Positions 21,560 through 31,654 of a stretch of 64,000 nucleotides of DNA are shown here, piece by piece. The translations under genes and the position numbers were made by a program. The notes beneath the pieces are model-generated. The model was not told where the DNA came from. It did not search any database and worked only from the letters and a program-made list of their open reading frames with translations. Source of the stretch: Pseudomonadota bacterium (GTDB lineage Bacteria > Pseudomonadota > Gammaproteobacteria > Ga0077536); NCBI GenBank assembly GCA_036130055.1, contig JAYYOR010000013.1, forward strand, positions 623 through 64,622, in the 5' to 3' direction. Each line of letters opens with the position of its first letter. Position 1 is the stretch's first letter.

Positions 21560-22253
21560 TCCGATAGACCCCAGAATTATACTTGCATTAGATTTCGCTT
21601 CAGAATTTGAAACCTTAAGCTTTCTTGAAGGTTTAGAGCCTAAATTTTGTAGATTGAAAATAGGCAAACAACTTTTTGTTCGAGAAGGTCCGAAAATAGT
21701 CACAAAACTAGTTAATCAAGGTTATGACATTTTTTTGGATTTGAAATTTCACGATATTCCGAACACAGTCGCGAACGCTTGTATGGCTGCTGCTGACTTA
21801 GGATGCTGGATGATAAATGTTCACGCGTTGGGTGGGAAGAAAATGATGGAATCGGCAGCAAATTCATTTGCAAGGCTTAAAAATCCTCCTTTGCTTGTCT
21901 CGGTCACTGTGCTTACTAGTTTGAGTGATGACGATTTAAAAGGCGTTGGTTTAAATATGACTATTGAAGAACAAGCAAAAATGTTGGCAAAGCAATCTTA
22001 CGATGCAGGTCTTGATGGGGTTGTTTGTTCGGCTTTAGAAATAAAAAGCATAAAAAAATATGTGGGAGATAGATTTATTTTTGTTACTCCTGGCATAAGA
22101 TTAGAAGATGATTTGAAGCATGATCAGAGTCGGGTAGTCACACCAAAAGCAGCAATTCTATTGGATTCTAATTATCTTGTAATTGGTCGCTCCATAACCA
22201 AGAATAAAGAGCCTGTCAAAAAGTTGCAGCAACTAGTCACAGATTTACAGTAA
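21552..22253 (+). CDS. pyrF: Orotidine-5'-phosphate decarboxylase
   Basis: LALD, FLDLKFHDIPNT, VTVLTS, GLDGVVCS, VTPGIR, DQSRVVTP. ATG at 21552. Confidence 0.97.
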   Translation: MVNPIDPRIILALDFASEFETLSFLEGLEPKFCRLKIGKQLFVREGPKIVTKLVNQGYDIFLDLKFHDIPNTVANACMAAADLGCWMINVHALGGKKMMESAANSFARLKNPPLLVSVTVLTSLSDDDLKGVGLNMTIEEQAKMLAKQSYDAGLDGVVCSALEIKSIKKYVGDRFIFVTPGIRLEDDLKHDQSRVVTPKAAILLDSNYLVIGRSITKNKEPVKKLQQLVTDLQ

Positions 22254-22289
22254 AAAAATTAAAAATATTCTTTTAAATAATAAACTAAA

Positions 22290-25200
22290 TTGATAAAAAT
22301 TTTTTCCCCTGAAATTTCAGCACCCGAAAGTGATTGGCAGGCAGGTCCTGGTGCTTGGGAGTGCATGATTACTAAAGCTGCCCAAAATTGGAACCACCCT
22401 ATGGCGGTCGTAGTTCCAAAAAAAGATTTCGACATCGTAGCGGGAAATTTAAATTTTTTTGCTTTTAATATAGAGATTTTAGAAATTCCTTCTTTGGGCA
22501 CTCTCCCTTATGATCGTCAGAGTCCTTCAGTTCAGGTGATAGCGCAGAGAGTCCATGCCTTTAACTGCATATCATCTAAAAAACGACAAATAACTGTTAT
22601 GGATGAAGATACGTTTTTTAGCCGGTTGCCACCAAAAGATGAGTTACTTGGCCACGCTTTTGAATTAAAACTTGATCAGACTGTTGATATAAACGAATTG
22701 TCTTTAAGGTTGGTAGGTTTAAGTTATGAAAAAAGAAGACAGGTAACAGAAGTTGGAGAATTTGCTGCAAGAGGTAGTATTCTCGACGTTTTTCCACCTG
22801 GTTCTGCAGCTCCAGTGAGGCTTGATTTTTTCGATAAAAAAATTGAAAGTATACGAAAATTCGATCCTGCAAGCCAAAGGTCCATTGGAATTCTAAATAA
22901 TGTTTTGATTGAATCCGCAAACGAAATCCGACTAAGCTCTGAAAACATAAGAAGATTTAAAAAAAACTTCAGGTTGCTTTTTGGGGATAAATGGAAAGAT
23001 AGTCTAATAACGGAGCAAATACAGCAGGGTATTTATCCTTCCGGTGTGGAATGTTATTTACCTTTATTTTTTGAGAAGACTAACAATATCACTGATTACC
23101 TCCCAGAAAATACGGCCTATGTATTTAGCCGCAATCTGCTCGAAGCTGAAAAAGAATTTTTCGATTTTATTGAAGAACGGTATAAATTTTTAACCTTGCT
23201 CGATGAAAGACCTTTGATTGAGCCAAATAACCTATATATTTCATTTGAACAAATAAAATCTTCTGATAGCACGACTTCGGTTAAGTTTTTAAACTCGTCA
23301 CGTAGTTATGAGTACGGAGCCTCCCTTGGCAGTGACTTTGTTCAAACTTTGCCACTTCCTTCTAATTTAGAATTAGAAAAAATTTTAAGCCAAATAATAA
23401 ATCCTTCGTTAAAAAAATTTAGGAAAATATTAGTTGTTTTGCCAAAAGAAAAATTAAAGTTATTTCAGGAAATGCCGGGATTTTTTGAACTAGATTTCGC
23501 AATTGTGAATGGCTGGTCCGGTTTTCTAAAAGCTCCAAATCCTGTCTGTCTTACAATTGGTTCTATAAGCAAAGGATTTTACTCAATAGAAGATAGTTTA
23601 ATTGTTCATGTTTTGGCGAGCAAAAAGCAGAGTCATGATTATAAAAAGACAAAGAACGGTGTGCCTCGGTTAACAAAATCTTTTGATCAGATTATTGAAA
23701 GCCTGACCTCTTGGGAGCTTGATTCTCCAGTAGTCCATCGACAGTATGGTGTCGGTCGTTTTAAAGGATTGACTATCTTGACCACTGATAATGTTGATAC
23801 TGAATATTTGGAAATTAGCTATGCAGATCAAGATAAGCTATATGTCCCAATAAGAAGCATGAATCTCGTTGAAAAATACACAGGTGCGAGCCCAGAAAAT
23901 GCTCCTTTACATAAACTTGGATCTGGACAATGGGAGAAAGTAAAGAGAAGAGCAAAGCAGAAAGCAAATGATGCAGCGGTAGAGATCTTAGAAATACTTG
24001 CAAGAAGGTCAACAAAAAAAGGAAGAAAATATTCAGTTCAGGAAGATGCTTTCAGTTCGTTTTGCCAAGGTTTTTATTTTGAAGAAACACCGGATCAGCA
24101 ACAAGCAATAAATGAAGTTTTAGCTGATTTAGAATCTAGTAGACCGATGGACAGGCTTTTGTGTGGTGACGTGGGTTTTGGGAAGACGGAGGTTGCAATG
24201 AGAGCTGCCTTTGTAATTTCGAATTTCGGCGATCAAGTTGCAATATTAGCTCCAACTACTATTTTAGTACAACAGCACTTTGATGCGTTTGTTGAAAGGT
24301 TTGCTGATACACCTATAAAAATATCTGCCCTTTCGCGTTCGATCGAAAAAAAAAACGTCGCATCAACTATTGCCGAAATAGAGAAAGGTAGTGTTGATAT
24401 CGTGATAGGCACACATAAGTTATTGAGCAGTTCTATAAAATTTAAAAGACTAGGTTTACTAATAATAGACGAAGAGCATAGATTTGGGGTGCTCCAAAAG
24501 GAGAAAATAAAAAAATATCGGGGAGACGTAAATGTTCTTTCGATGACGGCTACACCTATTCCTCGTACATTAAACATGTCACTGTCAGGGATGAAAGATT
24601 TGTCGATAATGGCAACCCCACCAGAGAATAGGGTACCAATTAATACAATGGTTTTAGAATGGTCTGACGAAATAATAAAAGAATCAATTACAAGAGAGAT
24701 AAGTCGTGGCGGACAAGTTTACTTTATTCATAATGAAGTGAAGACAATTGAAGAAGTAGAATTAAAAATTAAGAGAATTCTACCAAAGATTTCCTTAAAA
24801 ATTGTTCATGGTCAATTAAATAAAATTAGCTTAGGTCAGATCATGAAAGAATTTTATCGCGGCGATATAGATCTCCTTCTTGCTACAACCATAGTAGAGT
24901 CAGGGATAGATAATCCGCGGACAAATACAATTATAATTAATAAAGCCCACAAGTTGGGCTTAGCACAGCTTTACCAGTTGAGAGGCCGAGTCGGCCGGTC
25001 AAATCGTTCAGCTTTTGCTTATATATTTATTCCTAACCGTAAGTTGTTGTCTGCCGATTCGCTAAAAAGAGTTGAGGCAATTGAATCTTTGAACCAATTA
25101 GGAATGGGTTTTCTTCTCGCAAGTCATGATCTAGAGATTAGAGGTGCTGGTGAAGTTCTTGGAGAAGATCAAAGCGGTGAAATCCATCAAATGGGATATT

Positions 25201-25727
25201 CCATGTTTAACGATCTTTTAGCGAAAACTGTAGAAACTCTTAGTTCAGCTGACCAGTTAGATAAGAGTGTTGACACAAAAGAAATTGAGATGAACTTAAA
25301 CATCACAGCTTTATTGCCCGAGAAATATTTACCAGATATCCATGAACGTTTATCGATTTATAAACGACTGGCGGCAGCAAAGGATGTTCATGAATTAGAC
25401 TCGATTGAAGAGGAAATGATTGATAGGTTCGGTGAGCATCCTGAGGTGGCGAAAAATCTGGTTGATTTAACGAGGATAAAGATAAAACTGATCGAATTAG
25501 GAGTAAGTAAAGTTGAATTTAACAAAACAAATAACTGGGTTGAATTCAATGAAAATAGTTGCGCATCATTTGAGAATATGATGGAATTGATAACAAGCAA
25601 TACTGATTATAGTTTTAAAAATTCTCAAAGCTTGCGCATTAAAAAGATTCTTGCGAGCCCAAAACAAAAACTTGACGAGCTCAAATTTTTATATGAAAAA
25701 CTTCGAAAAACCAGTAATGGATCTTAG
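22290..25727 (+). CDS. mfd: Transcription-repair coupling factor Mfd
   Basis: UvrB-like GEFAARGSILD, CarD-like VVHRQYGVGRF, GDVGFGKT, DEEH, TATPIPRT, QLRGRVGR, DLEIRGAG, TRCF C-terminus. The start is uncertain (TTG). Confidence 0.96.
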   Translation: MIKIFSPEISAPESDWQAGPGAWECMITKAAQNWNHPMAVVVPKKDFDIVAGNLNFFAFNIEILEIPSLGTLPYDRQSPSVQVIAQRVHAFNCISSKKRQITVMDEDTFFSRLPPKDELLGHAFELKLDQTVDINELSLRLVGLSYEKRRQVTEVGEFAARGSILDVFPPGSAAPVRLDFFDKKIESIRKFDPASQRSIGILNNVLIESANEIRLSSENIRRFKKNFRLLFGDKWKDSLITEQIQQGIYPSGVECYLPLFFEKTNNITDYLPENTAYVFSRNLLEAEKEFFDFIEERYKFLTLLDERPLIEPNNLYISFEQIKSSDSTTSVKFLNSSRSYEYGASLGSDFVQTLPLPSNLELEKILSQIINPSLKKFRKILVVLPKEKLKLFQEMPGFFELDFAIVNGWSGFLKAPNPVCLTIGSISKGFYSIEDSLIVHVLASKKQSHDYKKTKNGVPRLTKSFDQIIESLTSWELDSPVVHRQYGVGRFKGLTILTTDNVDTEYLEISYADQDKLYVPIRSMNLVEKYTGASPENAPLHKLGSGQWEKVKRRAKQKANDAAVEILEILARRSTKKGRKYSVQEDAFSSFCQGFYFEETPDQQQAINEVLADLESSRPMDRLLCGDVGFGKTEVAMRAAFVISNFGDQVAILAPTTILVQQHFDAFVERFADTPIKISALSRSIEKKNVASTIAEIEKGSVDIVIGTHKLLSSSIKFKRLGLLIIDEEHRFGVLQKEKIKKYRGDVNVLSMTATPIPRTLNMSLSGMKDLSIMATPPENRVPINTMVLEWSDEIIKESITREISRGGQVYFIHNEVKTIEEVELKIKRILPKISLKIVHGQLNKISLGQIMKEFYRGDIDLLLATTIVESGIDNPRTNTIIINKAHKLGLAQLYQLRGRVGRSNRSAFAYIFIPNRKLLSADSLKRVEAIESLNQLGMGFLLASHDLEIRGAGEVLGEDQSGEIHQMGYSMFNDLLAKTVETLSSADQLDKSVDTKEIEMNLNITALLPEKYLPDIHERLSIYKRLAAAKDVHELDSIEEEMIDRFGEHPEVAKNLVDLTRIKIKLIELGVSKVEFNKTNNWVEFNENSCASFENMMELITSNTDYSFKNSQSLRIKKILASPKQKLDELKFLYEKLRKTSNGS

Positions 25728-26346
25728 ATTCCTGTCGATTCTTTCAGTATGCCTTTTTTTTTCCCTTTCCGGACAGGCTAGGACTTATCAGGTTGAGCTA
25801 GAGGTTTTTGGTATCAATGTCTTTTCGTCCTCTTCTGAGAAGTTAAGTCGCCCAACATTTATACCGGAATTCCGTAAAACTAGGGTGCTAGAGGAAATGG
25901 TAGAACCTATTTCTATTAATGGAGATCAAATAGACTTCGGTTATCCTTTGTTTAAAATACTTCCCGTTTCAGCCAGACTATTAGATTTAGGTCGGATATT
26001 TGAAAATGGAAATCAATTCACTCGGATAACCACACTTGCATGGAATCATCCAAGAGACAATTCAGAAAAAATCTACATCGCAAGTGAGGCGCGATACACG
26101 GGAGAAGTCTCAAAAAACGAGAAGTTTTTTGATTCAAATGTTGATATGCTTAACATTAGGAAAATTCAAGGTACAGTCAAATTACAAATTGACCGGTTAA
26201 TGTTTTTAGAGCTTGATTTTATTTATGACCATGACGTGTTTGGATTGATACAACTTAGTGAAAAAAGAAGAATAAAGCTTAATGAGTTAAACTATTTTGA
26301 CCATCCCTTATTTGGGATAGTCACGTTAGTGACGCCTATTGACTAG
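25717..26346 (+). CDS. CsiV-family secreted peptidoglycan-binding protein
   Basis: Signal peptide (MDLRFLSILSVCLFFSLSGQA), YQVELEVF, and the C-terminal SEKRRIKLNELNYFDHPLFGIV typical of CsiV; usual neighbour of mfd. Confidence 0.82.
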   Translation: MDLRFLSILSVCLFFSLSGQARTYQVELEVFGINVFSSSSEKLSRPTFIPEFRKTRVLEEMVEPISINGDQIDFGYPLFKILPVSARLLDLGRIFENGNQFTRITTLAWNHPRDNSEKIYIASEARYTGEVSKNEKFFDSNVDMLNIRKIQGTVKLQIDRLMFLELDFIYDHDVFGLIQLSEKRRIKLNELNYFDHPLFGIVTLVTPID

Positions 26347-27069
26347 TTAGTCATTTAAAATGAATCGTTTGAATATTCGAAATGAGGTTTCAGCTCCCTT
26401 TTTTATTTCCCTTTGCATATCGCTTATAGATATTGGTTCGCTATCAACTCCAGCAGCCGGGTTAACAATATAAGCTATGCATGCATATTTGATGTCAAGT
26501 TCTGCTGCTAAACATGCTTCAGGCATCCCGGTCATTCCAACTATATCGCAACCGTCATTCTGCAATCTTTTAATTTCCGCGGCGGTCTCAAGTCTAGGTC
26601 CTTGAGTAATTGCATGCACCCCTCGCTCTTCTGCTCTTATTTCTAAATCTTCACATGCTTTAATTAGTTTAATTCTCAGTTGTTCATTATATGGTTGTGA
26701 GAACTCTATATGTTTAACTGCATCACTATTTTCAAAAAAGGTTTGGGCTCTGCTATAAGTATAGTCAATAATTTGATCTGGTATTATAACTTTACCAGTT
26801 TGGAAATTTATTCCGCCCACTGCTGCGCTAGCTATAATTTTGTTTACACCTAATTCATGAAGTGCACTAATATTTGCTTGGTAGTTGATTTTATGTGGTA
26901 AGATTTTGCCTCCGCCGTGTCGTTGCATAAACATAAATTCGCATCCATCAAGAGAAATTTTTCTTAAAGCTTGAGAAGGTGTTCCCCACTTGGTCACCGT
27001 ATCAAATAGTTTGACAGTTTTCTCGTCTAGAAAATTTTCAAAGCCGCTTCCTCCAATGAATCCTATCAT
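26347..27069 (-). CDS. S-methyl-5'-thioinosine phosphorylase (MTAP/PNP family)
   Basis: GFIGGSG, RHG..PHKINY.ANI, PDQIIDYT, GPRLETAAE, VGMTGMPEA; VNPAAG (Asn, 6-oxopurine type). Confidence 0.9.
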   Translation of the reverse strand: MIGFIGGSGFENFLDEKTVKLFDTVTKWGTPSQALRKISLDGCEFMFMQRHGGGKILPHKINYQANISALHELGVNKIIASAAVGGINFQTGKVIIPDQIIDYTYSRAQTFFENSDAVKHIEFSQPYNEQLRIKLIKACEDLEIRAEERGVHAITQGPRLETAAEIKRLQNDGCDIVGMTGMPEACLAAELDIKYACIAYIVNPAAGVDSEPISISDMQREIKKGAETSFRIFKRFILND

Positions 27070-27641
27070 TCTTGTCCCAGGCCTCTGTTTTGATTTAGGG
27101 CAAAGATACCATCAAGATTTCTAAAATGACCATGATAATCTAACCCTGACCCGAAAAGATACTTGTTGGGAAGGTTAATTGCATAAAAGTCTGATTCCTG
27201 AATCCCTTTACGAATCGGGATATTTTTTTTGACCATGACCGCTGAGTATACTGATTTCGCCCCTGATTTATGACATTCTCTAATTGCTTCACTAAGAGTT
27301 ATTCCATGGTCAAGTATGTCATCTATTACCAGGACATTTCTGTTTCTAATATTTTTCTGGGGTTTTCGATGCCAAAATGGAAGTCCTCCTGTCGTGTTGT
27401 TTCCATAACGCGAGAGGTGAATATAATCTAATTCGCAATTAGACTGAAAGTATCTCATAAATAATGCAGTCGGGTATAAGCCTCCGTTCATTATTGTTAG
27501 GATGATGAGATTTTTGTCGCCAAGCTCAGTTTCTATTTTTTTAGACATTTTTTCCATAGAACGATCAACTGCTTTTTTTTCAATTAGAAGTTCTGAATTA
27601 TTGACTATTTGACTTAAATCGCTTTGCTTGGCCTTACTCAT
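27066..27641 (-). CDS. hpt: Hypoxanthine(-guanine) phosphoribosyltransferase
   Basis: IMNGG, DYIHLSRY, PRPP motif VLVIDDILDHGITL, YLFGSGLDY. Confidence 0.9.
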   Translation of the reverse strand: MSKAKQSDLSQIVNNSELLIEKKAVDRSMEKMSKKIETELGDKNLIILTIMNGGLYPTALFMRYFQSNCELDYIHLSRYGNNTTGGLPFWHRKPQKNIRNRNVLVIDDILDHGITLSEAIRECHKSGAKSVYSAVMVKKNIPIRKGIQESDFYAINLPNKYLFGSGLDYHGHFRNLDGIFALNQNRGLGQE

Positions 27642-28515
27642 TTTTCCCCAATCTTTTTTTTCCTAACCAATCTAATGCGAATTGATATGCAACCCGACCG
27701 CTTCTAGATCCTCTTTCCAAGGACCACCGAAGGGCGCTTGTCCTTATTTCCTCTAGTTCATCTGCCAAAAGAGCTCTGCAAGCCATTTTTTTTAAATGTG
27801 AGGTGGCAATATTAACATAATCATCTTGGGAAAAAGGATGAAATGACAACCATATTCCAAAGCGTTCGGAAAGTGATATTTTCTCTTCGATAGCCTCGCT
27901 ATGATGTAATTCATTGTTTATTATTTGTCCTTTGAAGTTTTCCGCGGCGTCTTCTGGAACTATGTGTCTCCTATTAGAAGTGGCATAAACAATAAATTGT
28001 TTTTCTACTCTGATAGAGCCATCTAAAACCGTTTTGAGGATTTTGTAGTCTGTCTCATTATTTTCGAACGTGAGGTCGTCGCAAAAAATAACAAATTTAC
28101 CCTTCAAATTGGTAATTTTTTTCATGATAACGGGGATATCAGCCATATCTTTTGGTTGTACTTCTATCATTTTTAGGCCGCTAGCGGAAAATTCATTCAA
28201 TATTGCTCTAATTAATGACGATTTCCCAGTGCCTCGAGGCCCCCACAGTAGAGCATTATTGGCTGGATATCCCGCGAGAAATTGCAGCGTATTTCGTTTA
28301 AGTACGGTCTTTTGCCTATCTATATAGTGAAGATCATCCAGAGCATCTTCATCTGATAGTTCGATCGCCTCTAAAAATCCATTCCTATTAACTTTATTCC
28401 AGATCCAGGCCACTGAATCCTCATTAAGTTCATCATCGTTATGATAGGTATTCAAAAGTTTTTCAACCTTTTGAAGAATCTTTTCTGCTTTATCAAGTAC
28501 TCTTTGTTTTTTCAT
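27634..28515 (-). CDS. DUF815-family AAA+ ATPase
   Basis: PANNALLWGPRGTGKSS, FCDDLTF, YATSNRRH, EEKISLSERFG, RGSRSGRVA. Confidence 0.9.
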   Translation of the reverse strand: MKKQRVLDKAEKILQKVEKLLNTYHNDDELNEDSVAWIWNKVNRNGFLEAIELSDEDALDDLHYIDRQKTVLKRNTLQFLAGYPANNALLWGPRGTGKSSLIRAILNEFSASGLKMIEVQPKDMADIPVIMKKITNLKGKFVIFCDDLTFENNETDYKILKTVLDGSIRVEKQFIVYATSNRRHIVPEDAAENFKGQIINNELHHSEAIEEKISLSERFGIWLSFHPFSQDDYVNIATSHLKKMACRALLADELEEIRTSALRWSLERGSRSGRVAYQFALDWLGKKRLGKNE

Positions 28516-28733
28516 ATTTTATTTATATTTCTTCTGACAGAGATCTAAGCTGTTTCCAAGATAAGAAAATTCAGCGATAATTATACAGAGTTTTACAAGA
28601 CCATGGGTAAATAAAAGCCTATCAAGTGCGACGTCAGGGAAATTAGTTTACAATATCAGTAAAGATCGATAGATCAGACAGAGAAATTTCAAGCAATCTT
28701 ATTTTACAACTAGATTTTTATGTAGGTTATTTT

Positions 28734-30023
28734 ATGGAAAAAAATTTTTACTCATCAATGCGACAACAGGACCCCGAATTCTTTGCACTATTAAGTGAAG
28801 AAGTTGCTAGGCAAGAGGAACATATCGAATTAATAGCTTCTGAAAACTACGCTAGTCCCGCTGTTATGGAAGCCTGCGGAACACTTTTAACTAACAAATA
28901 TGCGGAAGGCTATCCTGGTAAAAGATATTATGGAGGTTGTGAGTATGTTGATAAAATAGAGAATCTAGCCATTGAGAGAGCGAAAAAACTTTTTAAAGTA
29001 GAATATGTCAATGTTCAACCGCACTCAGGCTCGCAAGCAAATGCAGCTGTATTTTTGGCCTTGTTGAAACCTGGTGATACTATATTAGGAATGGGACTTT
29101 CTGATGGCGGACATTTGACCCATGGATCTACAGTAAATTTTTCTGGAAAAATTTACCAATCTGTGACTTATGGCGTTGACCATGAAACTGGACTAATAAA
29201 TTATAACAAACTTAATGATTTAGCTGTTAAGCATAATCCAAAAATTATTATTGGAGGATTTTCAGCCTATTCGAGATTAATTGATTGGAAGAAACTTAAA
29301 GATATTGCAAATGAGGTGGGAGCTTTTTTAATGGCAGATATTGCACATGTAGCTGGTTTGGTGGCTACAGGACTTTATCCAAGCCCTGTAGATTTTGCTG
29401 ATGTTGTTACATCCACCACTCACAAGACTCTTAGAGGGCCTAGGTCCGGTATAATCATGTCCAATAATTCTACACTTTTTAGAAAATTCAATTCAGCTGT
29501 GTTTCCAGGTTCACAAGGAGGGCCTTTGATGCATGTGATTGGAGCCAAAGCTATCGCCTTCCAAGAAGCACTTGAAAATAGTTTTTGTTCCTATCAAGAA
29601 CAAGTATTATCTAATGCAAAAATAATGGCAGACACTTTCTCGACTAGGTCATATGACGTTGTTTCCGGAGGGACTGATAATCACTTAATTTTATTAGATT
29701 TAACCAAACACAAGATAACAGGTAAAGCGGCCGAGGAAGCTCTCGGTCAGGCGAATATAACGGTCAACAAAAATTCAGTTCCTAATGATAAAGAGTCACC
29801 TTTTGTGACTAGCGGTATAAGAATTGGTACCCCAGCAATAACAACGCGCGGATTTAAACAAGCAGAAGCTAAAATCGTTGCTGATTGGATCTGTAATATT
29901 TTAGATAGTGAATGTGACAAGCGGATAATCGACGAGGTAAAACAGAATGTCCTACGTTTGTGCAATGATTACCCTGTATACTCTACTAAAAATAAAAAAA
30001 TACAGGTAGCGATGTCTGGATAA
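28734..30023 (+). CDS. glyA: Serine hydroxymethyltransferase
   Basis: [45 protein letters not shown] (PLP Lys), SGIRIGTPA. Confidence 0.99.
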   Translation: MEKNFYSSMRQQDPEFFALLSEEVARQEEHIELIASENYASPAVMEACGTLLTNKYAEGYPGKRYYGGCEYVDKIENLAIERAKKLFKVEYVNVQPHSGSQANAAVFLALLKPGDTILGMGLSDGGHLTHGSTVNFSGKIYQSVTYGVDHETGLINYNKLNDLAVKHNPKIIIGGFSAYSRLIDWKKLKDIANEVGAFLMADIAHVAGLVATGLYPSPVDFADVVTSTTHKTLRGPRSGIIMSNNSTLFRKFNSAVFPGSQGGPLMHVIGAKAIAFQEALENSFCSYQEQVLSNAKIMADTFSTRSYDVVSGGTDNHLILLDLTKHKITGKAAEEALGQANITVNKNSVPNDKESPFVTSGIRIGTPAITTRGFKQAEAKIVADWICNILDSECDKRIIDEVKQNVLRLCNDYPVYSTKNKKIQVAMSG

Positions 30024-30034
30024 AGAGCTTAAAT

Positions 30035-30529
30035 ATGCGCTGCCCTTTTTGTTTTTTTGAAGATACAAAAGTAGTAGACTCGAGGCTGCAACCAGGTGGC
30101 GATCAAATTCGACGGCGCCGAGAGTGTCTGCAATGCAATACTCGTTTCACAACCTACGAAAGTGCTCTTCTTATACTTCCTAGAGTGGTAAAAAATGATG
30201 GAAGAAGGGAGTCTTTTTCGGAGGATAAATTACGAACGAGTTTCCTCAAAGCATTAGAAAAAAGATCAATTGATACAAGCAGAATAGAAGAGCAAATCGA
30301 TAATATAAAAATTATTTTAAGAAAACGTGGTGATAAAGAAATTCGTTCAAGTGAAATTGGAAAACTGGTAATGTCCTCTTTAAGGGTTTTAGACAGGGTT
30401 GCTTATGTTCGTTTTGCTTCAGTTTACCGGAGTTTCGAAGATGTTAAGGCGTTTCTGGACGAAGTAAAGATGTTGGAGGAAGATTTGTTAGAATTAGATA
30501 GTGCGCAACTAGAATTATTAAAACGCTGA
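30035..30529 (+). CDS. nrdR: Transcriptional repressor NrdR
   Basis: MRCPFC..DSR..IRRRREC..C..RFTTYE zinc ribbon; ATP-cone LDRVAYVRFASVYR. Confidence 0.97.
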   Translation: MRCPFCFFEDTKVVDSRLQPGGDQIRRRRECLQCNTRFTTYESALLILPRVVKNDGRRESFSEDKLRTSFLKALEKRSIDTSRIEEQIDNIKIILRKRGDKEIRSSEIGKLVMSSLRVLDRVAYVRFASVYRSFEDVKAFLDEVKMLEEDLLELDSAQLELLKR

Positions 30530-30535
30530 AGGTTT

Positions 30536-31642
30536 TTGATTTTGATTTATGATGAAACGCATAAAGCTAATATGAATGTAGCTTTTGAAGAGGCTAAAAA
30601 AGGGATTTTTTCTTCGGCGCCAAATCCATCTGTGGGTTGTGTGATTGTTAAAGAAGGGAAAATCATTGCGAGAGGATTTCATGCAAAATGTGGTTCCGAT
30701 CACGCCGAAGTGGTCGCTTTAAAACAGGCCGGAAAGCAGGCAGCTGGTGGTTACTGTTACGTGACATTAGAACCTTGTAACCATATTGGTAGAACAGGGC
30801 GTTGTACGGATGCATTAATTGACGCTAAAGTGAAGGCTGTGATTGCGGCAATTAGAGACCCAAACCCTGCAGTCGAAGGCGATGGAATTGAGCGTTTAAA
30901 AAGAGCTGGAATAGATGTATTAGTTGACGTAGAGAGGGAATTTGCGGAAGAATTCTACAAAAACTATTTATTTAGAGTTAAAAACAACCGGCCGTTGGTC
31001 AAATTAAAAATTGGAATGAGCATTGATGCTTCTTCAGCCATGAAAAGCGGTGAAAGTAAATGGATAACAAGTAAATCTTCAAGAGAAGATGTACAATTTC
31101 TAAGAGCAGCTTCGTGTGTGATTTTAACAGGAGTAGGCACTGTGACAAGCGATAACCCTTCGCTCAATGTGAGGCATCCTAATATTTTTATGAATGGTAG
31201 GCAGCCCACTAGAGTAGTTTTGGATTCTAATCTTAGCATTAATATTGAGTCAAAAATTCTAAATGATAATGAGAAAACAATAATATTTACATGTTCTCAA
31301 AACGCAAAATCAGTTAAAAAATTAAGAATGCAAGGTTCTGAAGTTTACAAATTGCCAGAGCATGATAAACGGGTTGACCTTCAACAAGTATTTCATAGAT
31401 TAAATCAAATGAATATTAATCAAGTTTTGGTAGAAGCGGGCAGTCTTTTGACATCTAAAATTTTATCAACTGACTACTGGGATGAACTAATTATCTATAT
31501 AGCACCCAAGCTCTTAGGTAATGAGTCTCGTTCTGCAATAAAAATTAAGTCTCCTGAGAGGTTGTGCCAAGCCAAAAACCTTGAATTAATAGACGTCAAG
31601 CCATTTGATGATGATGTTAGGTTGACTTACAGAAAAATTTAG
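30536..31642 (+). CDS. ribD: Bifunctional riboflavin deaminase/reductase RibD
   Basis: PNPSVGCVIV, HAE, TLEPCNH.G.T..C, KWITS, GVGT..DNPSL, VEAG. The start is uncertain. Confidence 0.96.
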   Translation: MILIYDETHKANMNVAFEEAKKGIFSSAPNPSVGCVIVKEGKIIARGFHAKCGSDHAEVVALKQAGKQAAGGYCYVTLEPCNHIGRTGRCTDALIDAKVKAVIAAIRDPNPAVEGDGIERLKRAGIDVLVDVEREFAEEFYKNYLFRVKNNRPLVKLKIGMSIDASSAMKSGESKWITSKSSREDVQFLRAASCVILTGVGTVTSDNPSLNVRHPNIFMNGRQPTRVVLDSNLSINIESKILNDNEKTIIFTCSQNAKSVKKLRMQGSEVYKLPEHDKRVDLQQVFHRLNQMNINQVLVEAGSLLTSKILSTDYWDELIIYIAPKLLGNESRSAIKIKSPERLCQAKNLELIDVKPFDDDVRLTYRKI

Positions 31643-31654
31643 AGGAACAATAAA

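Noticed and set aside
28516-28733. Riboswitch or ncRNA (ZTP, glycine, FMN) upstream of glyA and the rib operon
   Set aside because: The 218-bp gap is AT-rich and I could not find the conserved aptamer motifs or stable stems; an Rfam/Infernal scan would be decisive.
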